Positions 60,754-64,000 of a stretch of 64,000 bases of DNA are shown here, piece after piece; position 1 is the stretch's first letter, and each line of letters begins with the position of its first letter. Below the pieces are notes generated by a model, which was not told the origin of the DNA, did no database searches, and saw only the letters and a list, made by a program, of their open reading frames with translations. Made by a program: the position numbers and the translations under genes. The stretch lies in contig NC_085844.1 in NCBI RefSeq assembly GCF_035594765.1, positions 235,368,107-235,432,106 on the forward strand, given 5' to 3'. The stretch is from Anolis carolinensis (lineage: Eukaryota).

Positions 60754-62892
60754 AAAATTCCAAGTAAGGCATAATCAGTGTTTTAAAATTTTAAATTTCC
60801 ATTATATCAAAAGGGGCACATTTTTAGGAATCCTGGTAGTTTTGTTATTTTAAGTTATTTTACACACAAAAAAGATGAAAAATCCCATCCGTCATTTTAC
60901 CCCTCCAACTTTGTGTTGTAAATAGCTTTGTGAATAGTTGAAAACACCATTTGTCATCCAGTGCATCAAAAAATCTATTGATTTTTTAAAAACTTTGGTC
61001 TTCAGCATTATCTTTCATTTAATTAGTTAAATAGCTTCATTAATAACTTAATTCTGCCTGAATATTTCTGCTGAAATTCCCATTCAAGTAAACTAATGTA
61101 GTTTAAAATTTTTCCTCCTTTTTCTTTTGGCAGTTTTCAACTTAATTCATAACTAAATTTATTTTAATTGGTTTTATCATTGCCATTTTATATATAAATT
61201 TAGTCACAAGTAGTCATTTAAATATAGTTCTTCATGGAAATGCAAGTCACAAGTAATAGCAAAGCAGGCAAATTAAGCAGATTGGTCTGCTTTATTGACA
61301 TTTATGAATTATTTTTTTCTTCCTTTAAATATTTATTTTCCTTTTTGCTATAATGCTAGAACATCAGAATTAATAGGATTGTATTACAATTTTACTTGGC
61401 ATAATATTTTAATAGTATTTTTACATCGAAAGGGATCAAATAAATAGAAAAATAATGACACAAAAGATGAAAACAGAAGATGTATTTATTTCATTAATGA
61501 TATCCCAGTCGCATATATTTCACATTCACACCCCACATGGCTTATATATTAATAATTATAACCATAGACACCCACCCACACATGTATGCATATAGAGTCA
61601 GATAAAAAAACCCAACCAAGATCCATACATGAATTTGATACAAACAGTGCTGAAGGTATGAAATAATACCTATCATTAATCCTTGCTCTTGTGCATGCAA
61701 TCTGATTGAGACAAAAACATGAATGTCAGGGGAATTTGAAGGGCCTAGATAAGTCTGTGAATTAGTGCCAATTGAGTCTTCCTTCCTGAATAGTAGAGAT
61801 GTATGTGATTTTCATGGCACATAAGGCATTAACCAGTATCTTAACCTGGCTATGGTCCCAATCCTGTTCAGACTCCAGCTTATATTTTAAAATATGCAAA
61901 CTATTAAATCTATTTGGGAAGATATTCTACTGCTCGGCAGAGGAGTATTTCCTCTGCCCAAAGTTTGATGCCTGGCATGCCCCATTCAATGGTCAGAACA
62001 GGAGCCACTTGCCTTAGTAGACTGGGCCATACAACTGTTGGGAGTTAGTAGACAGAATTGCCTCCCATGGAACATGGAGAGTTGCACCCGCTGCCATGCA
62101 TCTATCCCCAAATCCAGCGGTATAGTTCACAAGTCATGACCAGAAAATCCTACCTTTGAATCTCAGGTTCTCTCCAATTCCACCCCTTTCATCCTTAGCT
62201 TTGTGACCCAGCATCTCACCTGTAGAGAGTGTTTATAAATTAAGCAAATGGTAAGGTCTCAGTGACGTCCAGGAACTGGAATCTGAGACCCATCAGATTT
62301 TTGAGCTAAATCCAAACTATACATTTATAACTAATGCACATCTTCACATTTGCAGAATGGGGCTGAGTCATAAATAAGTCACTGTGTTAGCAAGACACAT
62401 TTGCTCATGTTTCGTCGGAAACCATTAAACAGTGACCTACTTATGCTAACTTTATAATTAACCATTGAGAAGCTGTCTGTGTGCTGTCTGAGCCCTTGTT
62501 GCCAAGCAAATATGAGTAATACACTTTTATGCAGCCATTTTACTGTTTTTTTTCTAGAACATCTAGTGCACTGTAGAAGATAAGAAATCAGGACAGGTAG
62601 CAATTTTACTCAGCCAGTGTCTCTTGGAATACCTTCTATTTTACCTAGACGTATTTGGACTTTTAAAAAAGCAGATAAAATATTCTGAAAAGTTGCCATT
62701 TTAGCTTGATCTATATAATTTAAAGTCTTCCCAGTGCCTTTTTTAATTCTTGGAAAAATGACTATAATTATTCGAGTAATAGGACCTGAAAGAGAGCAGT
62801 TTTAGATAGCCCATCTGTGCAGGAGTAATAAAACCAAACTTTGTATTGGAGGAAACACTTTTAGGACTACAGACTACAGTACAATAGTTTGG

Positions 62893-63164
62893 TTTTTTTT
62901 TTATCATGTCAGAAGCGACTTGAGAACATACTGCAAGTCGCTTCTTGTAGTGAGAGAATTGGCAGTCTACAGAGATGTTGTCCAGGGGACACCCAGATGT
63001 GTTAACTGGGAGGCTTATCTCATATTCCTGCAAGTTAGGGCTGACAGATGGGAGCTCACCCCATCTTGCGGATTTGAACTGGCAACCTTCAGGTCAGCAA
63101 TCCAACCTTCAGGTCAGCAGTTCAGCCAGCACAAGGGTTTAACCCATTACACAACCTCGGCTCC
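62893..63164 (-). mobile_element. Anolis SINE2-type tRNA SINE
   Basis: Family head, body and tail. Confidence 0.85.
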
Positions 63165-63289
63165 TAGAACAGTAATATATCTATACTTCTAGCTTGGGGT
63201 GGGCAAATACATTTATGGACTTCATGAGAGCTGTATGTGTGTGCCTTCAAGTTATATGTTTGTGGACCTCTTGTTGTCCCAGAGAGCTC

Positions 63290-63460
63290 TGTGTGTGTGT
63301 GTCACCTGGCAACTTATAGCAACACTATGATTTCCATAGTGTTTCATGGTTTGCCAGTTTCCTCCTCTGAAATACAGCCTACAGCACCTGGTATTTGTTG
63401 GCAGTTTCTCATCTAAGTACTACCAGGGTTGGCCCTGCTTATCTTCCAACAGGATCTGTT
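63290..63460 (-). mobile_element. 5S-derived SINE
   Basis: Minus strand TAAGCAGGGCCAACCCTGGTAGTACTTAGATG..AATACCAGGTGCTGTAGGCT resembles the 5S rRNA 3' half. Confidence 0.75.
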
Positions 63461-63804
63461 GCCTTTATGCTTATATCCTGCCTTTTCTTGAGAAATGGGA
63501 CTCCACGAAACTTATAGATGCAAAGAAATACTACCTGGTTAAAAAAAATACAAAACAGCAGCTTTCACTAAAAACAATTTCAGACATACAATTGAAATGT
63601 TAAAAAGCAAAATAATTACAGCTTAATCTTAAAAGCCTTGCCTTTACAAATAAAATAATCAGTTCTCAAAAACCTGTTGGAATAAAAAAAATCTTTGTGT
63701 GGTGACAGAAGGATTGCAAGGAGTCTCTTTAGGAAGGAAGTTTAAGGGGCAACCACTGAGAAGACCCTACAAGTTGGCCCATTGAAATTAGTGGAACTTA
63801 GATA

Positions 63805-64000
63805 GGAGCCACAGTGGTGTAATGGGTTAAACCCTTGTGCTAGCTGAACTGCTGACCTGAAGGCTGTCGGTTCAAATCTGCGAGACAGAGTGAGCTCCCG
63901 TCTGTCAACTCTAGCTTGCGGGGACATGAGAGAAACCTACCAGCTATCACATCAGGAAGTCCCCTGGGCAACGTCTCTGTAGACAGCCAATTCTCTCACA
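63805..64000 (+). mobile_element. Anolis SINE2-type tRNA SINE (runs off the window)
   Basis: GGAGCC..GGTGTAATGGGTTAAACCC, GGTTCAAATC and family body. Confidence 0.85.

Larger units (their letters stand above)
59858..60780. mobile_element. Tigger4/MER46-like MITE hosting a hAT element and a SINE
   Basis: TA|CAGATTGAGTCTCCC...[insert]...GCTTGGGACCTGAAGTGTT... Confidence 0.7.

Noticed and set aside
63340-63460. 5S rRNA-like and tRNA-like sequences
   Set aside because: These are degenerate SINE heads, not functional RNA genes.

Overview
Squamate reptile genomic DNA. The repeat content (Sauria SINE, Anolis-SINE2-type, 5S-derived SINE, CR1, BovB/RTE, L2, Penelope, hAT and TcMar MITEs) fits an Anolis-type lizard. 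The only protein-coding sequence I can support is the first coding exon of PMEPA1/TMEPAI on the minus strand (46365-46467, MYHLMGLNGTSGASQPNVSCTCNCKRSLFQSMEI), inside a CpG island whose promoter carries CRE, GC and CCAAT boxes. Positions 1-46364 are intron 1 (I found no exon 2 in the window) and ~47150-64000 is upstream intergenic DNA. Nearly all ORF-track entries are noise or TE remnants. Most interesting observations: (1) clustered Smad elements in intron 1, with four GTCTAGAC palindromes and five CAGAC in 33 bp; (2) a candidate TATA-driven, frame-compatible alternative first exon at 16136-16196; (3) an overlapping uORF whose stop overlaps Met5 (TGATG); (4) minimal hammerhead ribozyme motifs in Penelope fragments around the promoter; (5) an LTR-like promoter with a splice donor pointing at the gene; (6) several nested TE insertions and a composite Helitron. 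I cannot establish a new multi-gene system. All motif counts were made by eye and repeat boundaries are approximate unless TSDs are quoted.
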